Shown here: piece after piece, positions 1 through 8,468 of the stretch
Layout: every line of letters begins with the position of its first letter
How positions within the stretch are numbered: the first letter of the stretch is position 1
NCBI GenBank assembly: GCA_040754095.1
Contig: JBFMFO010000011.1
Coordinates: forward strand, 13,737-77,736
Source of the DNA: Thermodesulfobacteriota bacterium
GTDB lineage: Bacteria > Desulfobacterota > QYQD01
Direction: 5' to 3'
Length of the DNA stretch: 64,000 bases
Notes under the pieces: model-generated
Seen by the model: only the letters and a program-made list of their open reading frames with translations
What the model was told of the DNA's origin: nothing
The model's database searches: none
Position numbers and translations under genes: made by a program

Positions 1-570
1 ACTAAAAAAGATATTCATCCCGAGTTGAAAGCGGAAATAGCCGAAACCCCGGGGGGCGAATATATAAAGAGATGTTTTGCTTGCGGCGCCTGTACCGGTA
101 TCTGTCCGGTAAGTCGCGTAGTGCTGGAGTTTGATCCACGCAAGATCATTCATATGGCTGTGTTGGGGCTTAAAAAACGTTTATTCACTTCGCATTTAAT
201 CTGGCACTGTGCCCGTTGTCAAACTTGTACCTTTGTGTGTCCGCAGGATGTAAGATTTAGCGAAGTTGTCGGGGCAATGCGTTCGCTGGCTCTGAAAAGC
301 GGCCTGGTGGATATTTCCAAACTGGAAGACATCGGCAAGTTGGCGGTAGTGGAACAGTCCCGTTGTGTCGGGTGTCTGACCTGTGTGCGGGTTTGTCCCT
401 TTAAGGCCCCGCATGTGGGAGATGAAGGGGTGGCCTTTATCGATCCCGTCAAATGTCAGGCCTGCGGCATTTGCGTGGCCGAATGCCCGGCCAGGGCTAT
501 CCGTCTGAAAGAATCGGAAGAAGACAAAAGAATTGCTGGCGATGTAGTTTCGTATGCGAGGGCGATATGA
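1..570 (+). CDS. 4Fe-4S cluster protein, Hdr-associated (HdrC-like half plus 2x[4Fe-4S] ferredoxin half); the 5' end runs off the window
   Basis: Frame 1 is open from base 1. It has four Cys clusters: CFACGACTGICP, CARCQTCTFVCP, CVGCLTCVRVCP and CQACGICVAECP. It lies directly upstream of mvhD-metV-metF, where hdr genes sit in acetogen-type clusters. Confidence 0.6.
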   Translation, partial: TKKDIHPELKAEIAETPGGEYIKRCFACGACTGICPVSRVVLEFDPRKIIHMAVLGLKKRLFTSHLIWHCARCQTCTFVCPQDVRFSEVVGAMRSLALKSGLVDISKLEDIGKLAVVEQSRCVGCLTCVRVCPFKAPHVGDEGVAFIDPVKCQACGICVAECPARAIRLKESEEDKRIAGDVVSYARAI

Positions 571-986
571 GTAGCGCGTTTAAACCTGAAGTTACGGCTT
601 TCTGCTGCCGCTATGCTGTTTACAGCTTTGCAGAAGATATGGAGGCCCTGGCCAGGGCCGGATTTCCTGACGGCGTCAAGGTGGAGCAGATTTCGTGCTC
701 CGGGCGTGTGGATGTTGTTCGACTGCTTAAGGCATTGGAAAACGGCGCGGATGGGGTTTACGTTGTGGGGTGCGAGGAGGAAAAGTGCCACAACATGGCC
801 GGGAGTCAACGGGCGAAAAAACGGGTTGAGTATATAAAAGATGTCCTTTCGCAGCTCGGCATGGAGCCGGAGCGCGTAGAGATGTTTTTCATGCCCCGTG
901 GTGATGAGGCCAGATTTATCGAGATGGCCAGGGAAATGACAGGAAAGGTAATGGCCCTGGGGCCAAGTCCTTTAAGGGGAAGGTAA
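567..986 (+). CDS. mvhD: MvhD/FlpD-type methyl-viologen-reducing hydrogenase delta subunit-like electron-transfer protein
   Basis: Contains VTAFCCRYAVYSFAED...ISCSGRVDVVRLLKALENGADGVYVVGCEEEKCH, typical of MvhD. I moved the start to the ATG at 567, which forms an ATGA overlap with the upstream stop. The track ORF 453..986 has an implausible N-terminus. Confidence 0.8.
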   Translation: MSSAFKPEVTAFCCRYAVYSFAEDMEALARAGFPDGVKVEQISCSGRVDVVRLLKALENGADGVYVVGCEEEKCHNMAGSQRAKKRVEYIKDVLSQLGMEPERVEMFFMPRGDEARFIEMAREMTGKVMALGPSPLRGR

Positions 987-987
987 T

Positions 988-1656
988 ATGATCGTTGCGG
1001 AACGAAAACCTATTAAAGAGATTATATCCATGATAAGCGGCCTGAGAAAAATACTCGTTCTGGGTTGCAAAGGCTGCGTGACGGTGTGTTCGGCCGGCGG
1101 CGAGCGGGAAGTGGAGATATTGGCCGCCATTATTCGCATGGATCGAAAGAAAAAGGGTGAACCGGTGGAGGTCGTGGAAAGAACACTGGTCAGGCAGTGT
1201 GATCCGGAGTATCTCGACCTGCTTTCCGACACCATAGGTCAATTTGATGCGGTGTTATCCATGGCCTGCGGAGTGGGCGTTAATTTTCTCGCAGACAGGT
1301 ATCCGAAGACCGTCGTGCTCCCCGCGCTTAATACCAAGTTTTACGGCGTGGCCGAGGAGCAAGGGGTCTGGTCCGAACGTTGTGCGGGTTGCGGAGACTG
1401 TATCCTGGATCGCACCGGCGGATTATGCCCGGTGGCCCGGTGTTCCAAGGGCCTTTTTAACGGCCCCTGCGGCGGATCGGTAAACGGGAAGTGCGAGATC
1501 AATCCGGATATTCCTTGTGTGTGGCAATTGATATATGACCGTTTAAAAGATCTTAATCAACTGGATAAGTTAGACGAGATTCTCCCGGCTAAAGATTGGG
1601 GGGTAAGCCCCCATGGGGGTCCCAGGAAGATCGTAAGGGAGGATCTGAAGATATGA
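988..1656 (+). CDS. metV: Methylene-THF reductase-associated Cys-rich subunit MetV
   Basis: Contains LGCKGCVTVCSAGG and the C-terminal run CAGCGDCILDRTGGLCPVARCSKGLFNGPCGG. It sits immediately 5' of metF. Confidence 0.8.
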   Translation: MIVAERKPIKEIISMISGLRKILVLGCKGCVTVCSAGGEREVEILAAIIRMDRKKKGEPVEVVERTLVRQCDPEYLDLLSDTIGQFDAVLSMACGVGVNFLADRYPKTVVLPALNTKFYGVAEEQGVWSERCAGCGDCILDRTGGLCPVARCSKGLFNGPCGGSVNGKCEINPDIPCVWQLIYDRLKDLNQLDKLDEILPAKDWGVSPHGGPRKIVREDLKI

Positions 1657-2570
1657 AATCAGGAAGCAACTTAGAAAAGGTTTTGACCGGCGGACAGTTT
1701 GCGGTAACGGCTGAGTGCGGTCCTCCCAAAGGCACCTCGGCTGAGGCAGTCAAGCGCAAGGGAGAGATGCTTAAGTCCTGTTGCGATGCCCTGAATGTCA
1801 CGGACAACCAGACAGCTATTGTACGCATGTCCAGTATTAGCGGTTGCGTACTCCTGAAAGGGTTGGGAGTGGATCCGGTGATGCAGATGGTGGTGCGTGA
1901 CCGCAATCGCATTGCCATTCAAAGTGATATCCTGGGGGCCGTGGCCCTGGGAATTCGTAATATGCTCTGTCTCTCCGGCGATCACCAGAAATTCGGCAAT
2001 CACCCCTCGGCCAAGGGGGTTTACGATATCGACTCTATTCAGCTTATCCAGACCGTAAAAAGGATGCGGGACGAAAAGAAATTTTTGAACGGCGAGGACA
2101 TATCGGGAGAAGTGCCTCTTTTTATCGGTGCTGCGGCTAATCCATTTGCCGATCCTTTTGAATTCCGGGTAAGGAGACTGGCCAAGAAAATAAAGGCCGG
2201 CGTGGATTTTATCCAGACCCAGGCCATATTTGATATGGAAAGATTTTTACGTTGGATGGCCATGGCCCGGGATGAAGGGCTGCATGAAAAAGCCTACATA
2301 TTGGCCGGTGTCATTCCCATAAAATCAGCGGGCATGGCCCGGTATATGGCTAAGAACGTGGCCGGTATTACCGTCCCCAAAGAGATAGTGAACCGGATGA
2401 CCGGGGCCAAGGATGCCAAGGAAGAGGGCATAAAAATAGCTCTGGAAATTATTGAACAGGTCAGGGCTATTAAGGGAGTGCATGGCGTCCATATCATGGC
2501 CGTGGCCTGGGAGGATATTGTGCCGGTTATTGTGGAACGGGCCGGATTGATGCCCAGACCTACGTTATAA
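1653..2570 (+). CDS. metF: 5,10-methylenetetrahydrofolate reductase
   Basis: MetF-like sequence (FAVTAECGPPKG, NVTDNQTA, CLSGDH, GVDFIQTQAIFD). I chose the ATG at 1653, which makes an ATGA overlap with the metV stop. Confidence 0.85.
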   Translation: MKSGSNLEKVLTGGQFAVTAECGPPKGTSAEAVKRKGEMLKSCCDALNVTDNQTAIVRMSSISGCVLLKGLGVDPVMQMVVRDRNRIAIQSDILGAVALGIRNMLCLSGDHQKFGNHPSAKGVYDIDSIQLIQTVKRMRDEKKFLNGEDISGEVPLFIGAAANPFADPFEFRVRRLAKKIKAGVDFIQTQAIFDMERFLRWMAMARDEGLHEKAYILAGVIPIKSAGMARYMAKNVAGITVPKEIVNRMTGAKDAKEEGIKIALEIIEQVRAIKGVHGVHIMAVAWEDIVPVIVERAGLMPRPTL

Positions 2571-2642
2571 TGCGTATCCCGTGTCTTGTGTGTTTTTATT
2601 AGATTATAGGGTTACAGGCTTATATGAAGAGGAGGAAGGAGA

Positions 2643-3590
2643 ATGACGTTGGAGATACCGAAGGTTTCTTATTCAGGAAAAATAAAAGAGATTGTTTTGG
2701 GTAAAGGGGATAAGGCCCTCACCGTAGGTGGAGGAACTTCTTATCCTTTTTATCTTTTTGAGGGACAGATGCCGCTTAATCCGCATATTGCCATGGAGGT
2801 GTACGATAGTCCGCCCGAAGACTGGGCGTCTAAGGCATTGGAGCCTTTTGCCGACGTGGTTTCAGACCCGGCAGCCTGGGCGAAAAAATGTGTGGATGCT
2901 TATGGGGCGGAGATGATCGCCCTCCAATTGGTGAGTACGGACCCCAATGGCGAGAACCGCTCCGCAGAAGAAGCGGCCGCATTGACCAAAAAGGTAGCCG
3001 AGGCCGTGGACGTCCCGCTTATCGTATGGGGGTGTAATAATGCTGAGAAGGACATGGAAGTTTTACGCAAGATAGCCGAAGATTGCGCCGGCCGGAACCT
3101 TATGATAGGGCCGGTGACCGAGGCCAACTACAAACAGATCGGGGCCGTGGCCATCGGATATGAACATACAGTTATTGCCTCAACCCCTATCGACATAAAT
3201 CTGGCCAAACAGCTCAACATCCTGCTGGGCAATCTGGGCGTTCCGGACAGCCGTATTATTATTGACCCCACCACCGGCGCCCTGGGATATGGCCTTGAAT
3301 ATTCATATTCGGTCATGGAGCGTATCCGAATGGCGGCTTTGACCCAGGAAGACGAGCGGTTACAGTTCCCGATGATCTGTAATCTGGGCAAAGAGGTATG
3401 GAAAACCAAGGAGGCCAAGCAAAGCCGGGATGAGGCCCCCAAACTGGGTGATCCGGCAAACCGAGGTGTGCTTATGGAAGCCGTGACGGCGCAACTGCTT
3501 TTGCTGGCCGGGGCGGATATTTTAATTATGAGGCATCCGGAGTCTATTGCGCTTGTAAAAGACATGATCAGAGACCTGACAGCCGTATAA
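2643..3590 (+). CDS. acsD: Corrinoid iron-sulfur protein small subunit (CODH/ACS delta)
   Basis: 315 aa with a strong RBS (gaggaggaaggaga). The AcsD/CdhD-like N-terminus reads KVSYSGKIKEIVLGKG...TVGG. It lies between metF and acsB. Confidence 0.85.
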   Translation: MTLEIPKVSYSGKIKEIVLGKGDKALTVGGGTSYPFYLFEGQMPLNPHIAMEVYDSPPEDWASKALEPFADVVSDPAAWAKKCVDAYGAEMIALQLVSTDPNGENRSAEEAAALTKKVAEAVDVPLIVWGCNNAEKDMEVLRKIAEDCAGRNLMIGPVTEANYKQIGAVAIGYEHTVIASTPIDINLAKQLNILLGNLGVPDSRIIIDPTTGALGYGLEYSYSVMERIRMAALTQEDERLQFPMICNLGKEVWKTKEAKQSRDEAPKLGDPANRGVLMEAVTAQLLLLAGADILIMRHPESIALVKDMIRDLTAV

Positions 3591-3621
3591 GAGATAACAG
3601 GATAAACAGGGGGGAATTAAG

Positions 3622-5826
3622 GTGTCTAAGATTATCTGCTCAGCAGCTATTAGAGGGGCCTATAAGATTATAGAGAGGGCCGAAAAGAAATATGCGGAGG
3701 CCCTGGAGAAGTGGGGTCCGGATAAAGAGGTCGGTTTTCCGAATACGGCCTACTATCTTCCCATTATATATGGTGTTTTAGGAATACCGGTAGCCAGGTT
3801 GGGTGATATGAAGCAGGTGCTGGACAAATGCCGTTCCCTGCTTCCGCCGCCGGTGAGTGATAAGGTGTGGCTGCCGTATCTGGCCCCGGCCCTGGAGGCC
3901 GGCATGGCCACCTTTTTTGCCGAGGAGATTATAGAGGCTATAAGGTACTTGGAGGAACCGGATTTTTATACCAAACAGGAAGACCCGGCGGGCGGCAATA
4001 TCTGGCTTGGCGCAGCGGACGACATTATCCTGCGCAAACGGGGTGTGGAGTTTGTGGATGGGACGGCGCCGGGCTTTGCCGCCATCCTGGGCGCGCCTCC
4101 GACCAAGGAGATCGCCGTCAAGATAGCCCAGGAACTCCAGGAAAAGAACCTCTATGTCTTTATGTGTTCCGATAATAACGGCGTGAGGATGTCTGAGCAA
4201 CTGGTAGAGGCCGGCGTACAGATCGGGTGGCCTACCCGCCTGGTCTCTTTTGGTCCTGACTATACGGCTGCGGTTTTCGCTATGGGGTTTGCCACCCGTG
4301 CCGCCATGTCCTTCGGGGGCATAAAGCCGGGTGATTTCCGCGGGAATCTCATCTACAACAAGGATCGTATCTTTGCCTTTGCCCTGCCCATGGGGCCGGT
4401 TTCCGACGAGTGGTATGCTAATGCCGCGGGGGCTATTAACTGGGGATTCCCGGTTATAGCGGATACGCCGATACCGGAGATATTGCCTACCGGTATCTGT
4501 ACCTACGAGCACGTGGTCAGCAATGTGCCGCACGCCGAGATCGTTCAGCGAGCGGTGGAGGTAAGAGGCCTTAAGGTAAGCGTCTCCAAGATAGACATCC
4601 CCGTAGCCTATGGACCGGCCTTCGAAGGGGAGCGAATCCGGAAGGATGACCTCTATCTGGAATGCGGCGGAGGTAAGACCAAAGGCGTTGAATTGACGGT
4701 CAGCCGGGATATGGATGCGGTAGAAGACGGCCGTGTGGAGATGGTCGGCCCTGATCTTGAACAGATAAAAGAGGGCTCGCGGTTGCCTTTTGCCATGCTG
4801 GTTGAAGTGGCCGGCCGCCAGATGCAGGAAGACTTTGAGCCTATCCTGGAGAGGCAGATTCACCACCTGGTTAACTATGCCCAGGGCATCATGCATATCG
4901 GGCAGCGGAATATCATGTGGCTGCGCGTGGGCAAGGCGGCGGTGGAGAAGGGATTCCGCTTAAGAGACATCGGGAAGATCATGCATGCGAAATACCACCA
5001 GGATTTTGGCGCTATTTTGGATAAAGTCCAGGTGAAGATATACACCGACGAAGCCAAGGTTGATGAAGTGATGGACATGGCTCGCAAGGTCTATGCGGCC
5101 CGGGATAAGCGGGTTGAGGGTATGACCGATGAATCGGAAGAAATCTTCTATTCTTGTACCCTCTGTCAGTCCTTTGCGCCGCAACACGTGTGCGTGATTA
5201 CGCCGGAACGAACCGGGATGTGCGGGGCGTACAACTGGCTGGATGGGAAGGCGTCGTATGAGATCAATCCTACCGGCCCCAATCAGCCTATCGCCAAAGG
5301 TGAGTGCTACGATCCGGTCCTGGGCAAGTGGAAGGGGATTGACGAGTTTGTGTTTAAGGCCTCCAGACAGAAGGTTCCGACGGTGAGCGCATATAGTCTG
5401 GTTCACGATCCGATGACGGCCTGCGGCTGTTTTGAGTGCATCGCCACCATTCTGCCCTTGTGTAACGGGATAATGATTGTAAACCGTGATTATCTGGGCA
5501 TGACCCCCTGCGGTATGAAATTCACCACCCTGGCCGGTATGGTGGGCGGAGGGCAGGTTACACCGGGATTTTTAGGTGTAAGCAAACACTATATTGCCAG
5601 CCGGAAGTTCCTGCTGGCCGAGGGCGGGTTGAAACGTGTTGTGTGGATGCCGCAGATGTTGAAAAAGGAACTGGAGGCCAAACTGAAGAGCCGGGGAGAA
5701 GAGCTTGGGATTCCCAATCTCTTCGATATAATTGCTGACGAAACAAAGGGGGCCACGGAAGAAGAGGTTCTTCCCTTCCTGGAAGAGGTCGCACATCCGG
5801 CGCTCACCATGGAATCTATACTTTAA
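3622..5826 (+). CDS. acsB: Acetyl-CoA synthase catalytic subunit (CODH/ACS)
   Basis: 734 aa with a GTG start after a GGGGGG RBS. It carries the A-cluster region CTLCQSFAPQHVCVITPERTGMCGA and CGCFECI. Confidence 0.9.
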   Translation: MSKIICSAAIRGAYKIIERAEKKYAEALEKWGPDKEVGFPNTAYYLPIIYGVLGIPVARLGDMKQVLDKCRSLLPPPVSDKVWLPYLAPALEAGMATFFAEEIIEAIRYLEEPDFYTKQEDPAGGNIWLGAADDIILRKRGVEFVDGTAPGFAAILGAPPTKEIAVKIAQELQEKNLYVFMCSDNNGVRMSEQLVEAGVQIGWPTRLVSFGPDYTAAVFAMGFATRAAMSFGGIKPGDFRGNLIYNKDRIFAFALPMGPVSDEWYANAAGAINWGFPVIADTPIPEILPTGICTYEHVVSNVPHAEIVQRAVEVRGLKVSVSKIDIPVAYGPAFEGERIRKDDLYLECGGGKTKGVELTVSRDMDAVEDGRVEMVGPDLEQIKEGSRLPFAMLVEVAGRQMQEDFEPILERQIHHLVNYAQGIMHIGQRNIMWLRVGKAAVEKGFRLRDIGKIMHAKYHQDFGAILDKVQVKIYTDEAKVDEVMDMARKVYAARDKRVEGMTDESEEIFYSCTLCQSFAPQHVCVITPERTGMCGAYNWLDGKASYEINPTGPNQPIAKGECYDPVLGKWKGIDEFVFKASRQKVPTVSAYSLVHDPMTACGCFECIATILPLCNGIMIVNRDYLGMTPCGMKFTTLAGMVGGGQVTPGFLGVSKHYIASRKFLLAEGGLKRVVWMPQMLKKELEAKLKSRGEELGIPNLFDIIADETKGATEEEVLPFLEEVAHPALTMESIL

Positions 5827-5831
5827 AAAGA

Positions 5832-5933
5832 CAGCTTTCAGTAGTCAGCTATCAGCGTTCAGCAGAATAAAAAACAGCGGCCTTGGTTGTTTTGCTCTGA
5901 AGCTGACGGCTAAAAGCTGAATGCTGAAAGCTG
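5832..5933. repeat. Imperfect palindrome built from tandem NNTCAGC-type units, in the acsB-acsC spacer
   Basis: The left arm is cagctttcagtagtcagctatcagcgttcagc. The reverse complement of the right arm is cagctttcagcattcagcttttagccgtcagc. Confidence 0.8.
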
Positions 5934-5956
5934 CGAGATAGAAAGGAGATTTTAGA

Positions 5957-7306
5957 ATGGCATTAAGTGGCATAGAGATATTTAAGAAATTACCCAAGAA
6001 AAACTGTGGCGAATGCGGGGTTCCCACCTGTCTGGCCTTTGCCATGAAACTGGCAACCGGTCAGGCCGAATTGGCTGCCTGTCCTTATGTCTCGGACGAT
6101 GTAAGGGCGGAGATAGATGAGGCCTCGGCGCCGCCTATCCGCACCTTGACTATTGGTACGGGCGATCGTGCGGTTAAGCTGGGCGGTGAGACGGTGATGT
6201 TCAGGCATGAGAAGCGGTTTGAGAACCCTCCCGGTCTGGCCCTCATGCTTTCCGATACCATGGATGACTCCATAGTAAATGAAAAACTTTCCAAGTTTAA
6301 AGACCTGGAATTTGAACGAGTGGGGTTGATCCTGCGTCCGCAGATGCTGGCCCTCAAAGAAGAATCCGGAGATGCCGGTAAGTTTGCTGCTTTTGTAAAG
6401 AGGGTGATTGGTCAGATAGATGCCGCTATTATCCTGATGAGCGATAGACCGGAGGTAATGGCCGAGGCCTTGAAGGTTTGCAAGGACAAGAAACCTCTTA
6501 TCCATGCAGCAATCAAGGATACGGCAGAGGCTATGGGCAGCCTGGCCAAAGAGGCGGCCTGCCCTCTGGCAGTAAAAGGCTCCGGTCTGGATGAGGTCAT
6601 GGCTATTACAGATAAGCTCCTGGGGATGGGGCTTAAAGACTTGGTGATAGACAGCCAGCCGGCAAACGTTAAGAAGGCCCTGGAGGATCAGGTAGTCATC
6701 CGGCGTTCGGCCCTGGTAAAAAAGGTTAAACAACTGGGGTTCCCTACTATCACCTTCCCTGGCCAGTTGACGGACAACAGGATGAAGGAAGCCCTGATCG
6801 CCTCGATGCTTATTGCCAAGTATGCAGGGATTATTGTCCTTTCAGAGATGGAGGGCCATAACGTATTTCCACTTCTTCTGGACAGCTTGAATATCTATAC
6901 CGACCCGCAGCGTCCTATGGCCGTCGAGGAAAAGGTCTATGAGATCGGAGGCCCCAGGGAAGATTCGCCGGTTTTGATTACATCCAATTTTTCATTGACC
7001 TACTTTATTGTCTCCGGCGAAGTGGAGTCAAGCCGGGTGCCCTCCTGGCTGCTTATCAAAGACACAGAAGGTCTGTCCGTCCTCACGGCCTGGGCAGCAG
7101 GTAAGTTTGCCGCTGATACCGTGGCCATGTTTGTCAAAAAGTCAGGTATCGCCGATCGGGTGAAACACCGTAAGCTGGTTATCCCTGGTTACCTCGCGGG
7201 CATAAGCGGTGAACTGGAAGAGGAACTGCCGGATTGGCAGATATTGGTTGGCCCCCGCGAGGCGGCTCACCTGCCGGCGTATCTTAAGCAGTGGAGCGCG
7301 GCATAA
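5957..7306 (+). CDS. acsC: Corrinoid iron-sulfur protein large subunit (CODH/ACS gamma)
   Basis: The N-terminal [4Fe-4S] motif is KKNCGECGVPTCLAFAMKL...CPY. 449 aa with RBS gaaaggag. Confidence 0.9.
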   Translation: MALSGIEIFKKLPKKNCGECGVPTCLAFAMKLATGQAELAACPYVSDDVRAEIDEASAPPIRTLTIGTGDRAVKLGGETVMFRHEKRFENPPGLALMLSDTMDDSIVNEKLSKFKDLEFERVGLILRPQMLALKEESGDAGKFAAFVKRVIGQIDAAIILMSDRPEVMAEALKVCKDKKPLIHAAIKDTAEAMGSLAKEAACPLAVKGSGLDEVMAITDKLLGMGLKDLVIDSQPANVKKALEDQVVIRRSALVKKVKQLGFPTITFPGQLTDNRMKEALIASMLIAKYAGIIVLSEMEGHNVFPLLLDSLNIYTDPQRPMAVEEKVYEIGGPREDSPVLITSNFSLTYFIVSGEVESSRVPSWLLIKDTEGLSVLTAWAAGKFAADTVAMFVKKSGIADRVKHRKLVIPGYLAGISGELEEELPDWQILVGPREAAHLPAYLKQWSAA

Positions 7307-7311
7307 ATAAC

Positions 7312-7528
7312 AGAGTTCAAAGCTCAAAGTTCAAAGGAATGCACAAGTGCCAAAGTTCAAAACGTCACTCGTCACTGGTCATTGGTTATAGGATAGTTAC
7401 AGGTTACAGAAGTTACAAATTTGCAACTTGCAACTTCTTTAAATAGTGACAAATGACTATTGACTAATGACTTCTACTTTAGTTATTTGAGCTTCATTTG
7501 GACTTTGGATTTTATAATTTGAAATTTT
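7312..7528. repeat. Imperfect palindrome of about 215 nt made of blocks of 7-8 nt tandem units, in the acsC-acsE spacer
   Basis: Left-arm blocks are gttcaaagctcaaagttcaaagg, gtcactcgtcactggtcattgg and gttacaggttacagaagttacaaa. They are mirrored by ttgcaacttgcaacttc, agtgacaaatgactattgactaatgac and tttgagcttcatttggactttgg. Confidence 0.8.
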
Positions 7529-7544
7529 ACTATCGGAGGTTTTT

Positions 7545-8426
7545 ATGGTTGTTTGTGTGGCGGAAAACATCAATATTATGTCCAAGACCATCGGTGCGGC
7601 TATAAAGGGACGCGATGCCAAGCCGATCCAGGATATGGCCCGGGAGCTTACTAAAGTCGGGGCGGATTATCTTGATCTCAACATCGGTCCGGCCCGTAAG
7701 GGCGGCGATGAGACTATGGATTGGCTGGTTAAGACCGTACGTGAGGTGACGGACTTACCTCTTTCCCTGGATACCAGCAATCCGGCCGCTATTGAGGCCG
7801 GTCTAAAGGCCAATCCTGGTAAATCTCTTATAAATTCGATTTCTCTGCAGCCGGAACGGCTGGAGGCCCTTTTACCCATGGCGGTTAAGTACCATGCCGA
7901 TATGATCGGTCTTCTCTGGAGTCAGGAAGGTATGCCGCGGGATGCCAATGAGCGGGCGGCCCACTGCGTGGATATTATCTATAAGGCCAATGAGGCCGGT
8001 ATCCCAACAGAAAAGATATGGATAGATCCCATAGCCACTCCAATAAGCATGGATGTCAACCAGGTGCTGGCCGGCCTGGAATTTATGTCCATGCTTTCGG
8101 AGATTGCCCCGGGCGCCAAATCCATCGTCGGCCTTTCCAATATCTCGAACGGGACGCCGCACGAACTGAGACCTCATATCAACCGTTGTTACCTCATAAT
8201 GCTCATGAAATATGGCATGTATTCGGCCATCGTAGATGGTTATGATGCGGAATTATTAACTATTGCCAAGGGAGAGATGGCCGAAATAGTCAATCTCGTA
8301 CATGGCATGATGGACGGAAAGGAGCCTGATCCCAAGGGCCTCGGTCCAAAAGAACTTGAGTACTATAAGACGACGCGGGTCCTTATGGGAAAGACGCTCT
8401 ATTCTCACTCCTGGCTGACAGCGTAA
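7545..8426 (+). CDS. acsE: Methyl-THF:corrinoid iron-sulfur protein methyltransferase
   Basis: Pterin-binding fold signature: VAENINIMSKTIGAAIKGRD...GADYLDLNIGP...SLDTSN...INSIS. The RBS is ggagg. Confidence 0.85.
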   Translation: MVVCVAENINIMSKTIGAAIKGRDAKPIQDMARELTKVGADYLDLNIGPARKGGDETMDWLVKTVREVTDLPLSLDTSNPAAIEAGLKANPGKSLINSISLQPERLEALLPMAVKYHADMIGLLWSQEGMPRDANERAAHCVDIIYKANEAGIPTEKIWIDPIATPISMDVNQVLAGLEFMSMLSEIAPGAKSIVGLSNISNGTPHELRPHINRCYLIMLMKYGMYSAIVDGYDAELLTIAKGEMAEIVNLVHGMMDGKEPDPKGLGPKELEYYKTTRVLMGKTLYSHSWLTA

Positions 8427-8468
8427 TTTTTCAAAGCATATACCTGAATAATATTGTATAGATAAGGT

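Noticed and set aside
453-566. The upstream extensions of the track ORFs 453..986 and 1596..2570.
   Set aside because: The extensions overlap the preceding genes in another frame and encode non-homologous residues. The internal ATGs at 567 and 1653 give ATGA stop-start overlaps and canonical N-termini.
3778-4896. Long antisense or shadow ORFs in the track. Examples are 3778..4896(-) inside acsB, 5990..6733(-) inside acsC, 8484..9224(-) and 10431..11090(-) inside fdh, 20379..21140(+) inside mreB, 30167..30874(+) and 30811..31467(+) inside the glgC genes, 37963..38646(+) inside sbcC, and 46943..48493(+) inside hsdR.
   Set aside because: Each lies opposite to, or out of frame with, a gene that has clear family motifs. 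Their translations are Arg/Gly/Pro-rich low-complexity sequence with no recognisable motifs, which is typical of shadow frames.
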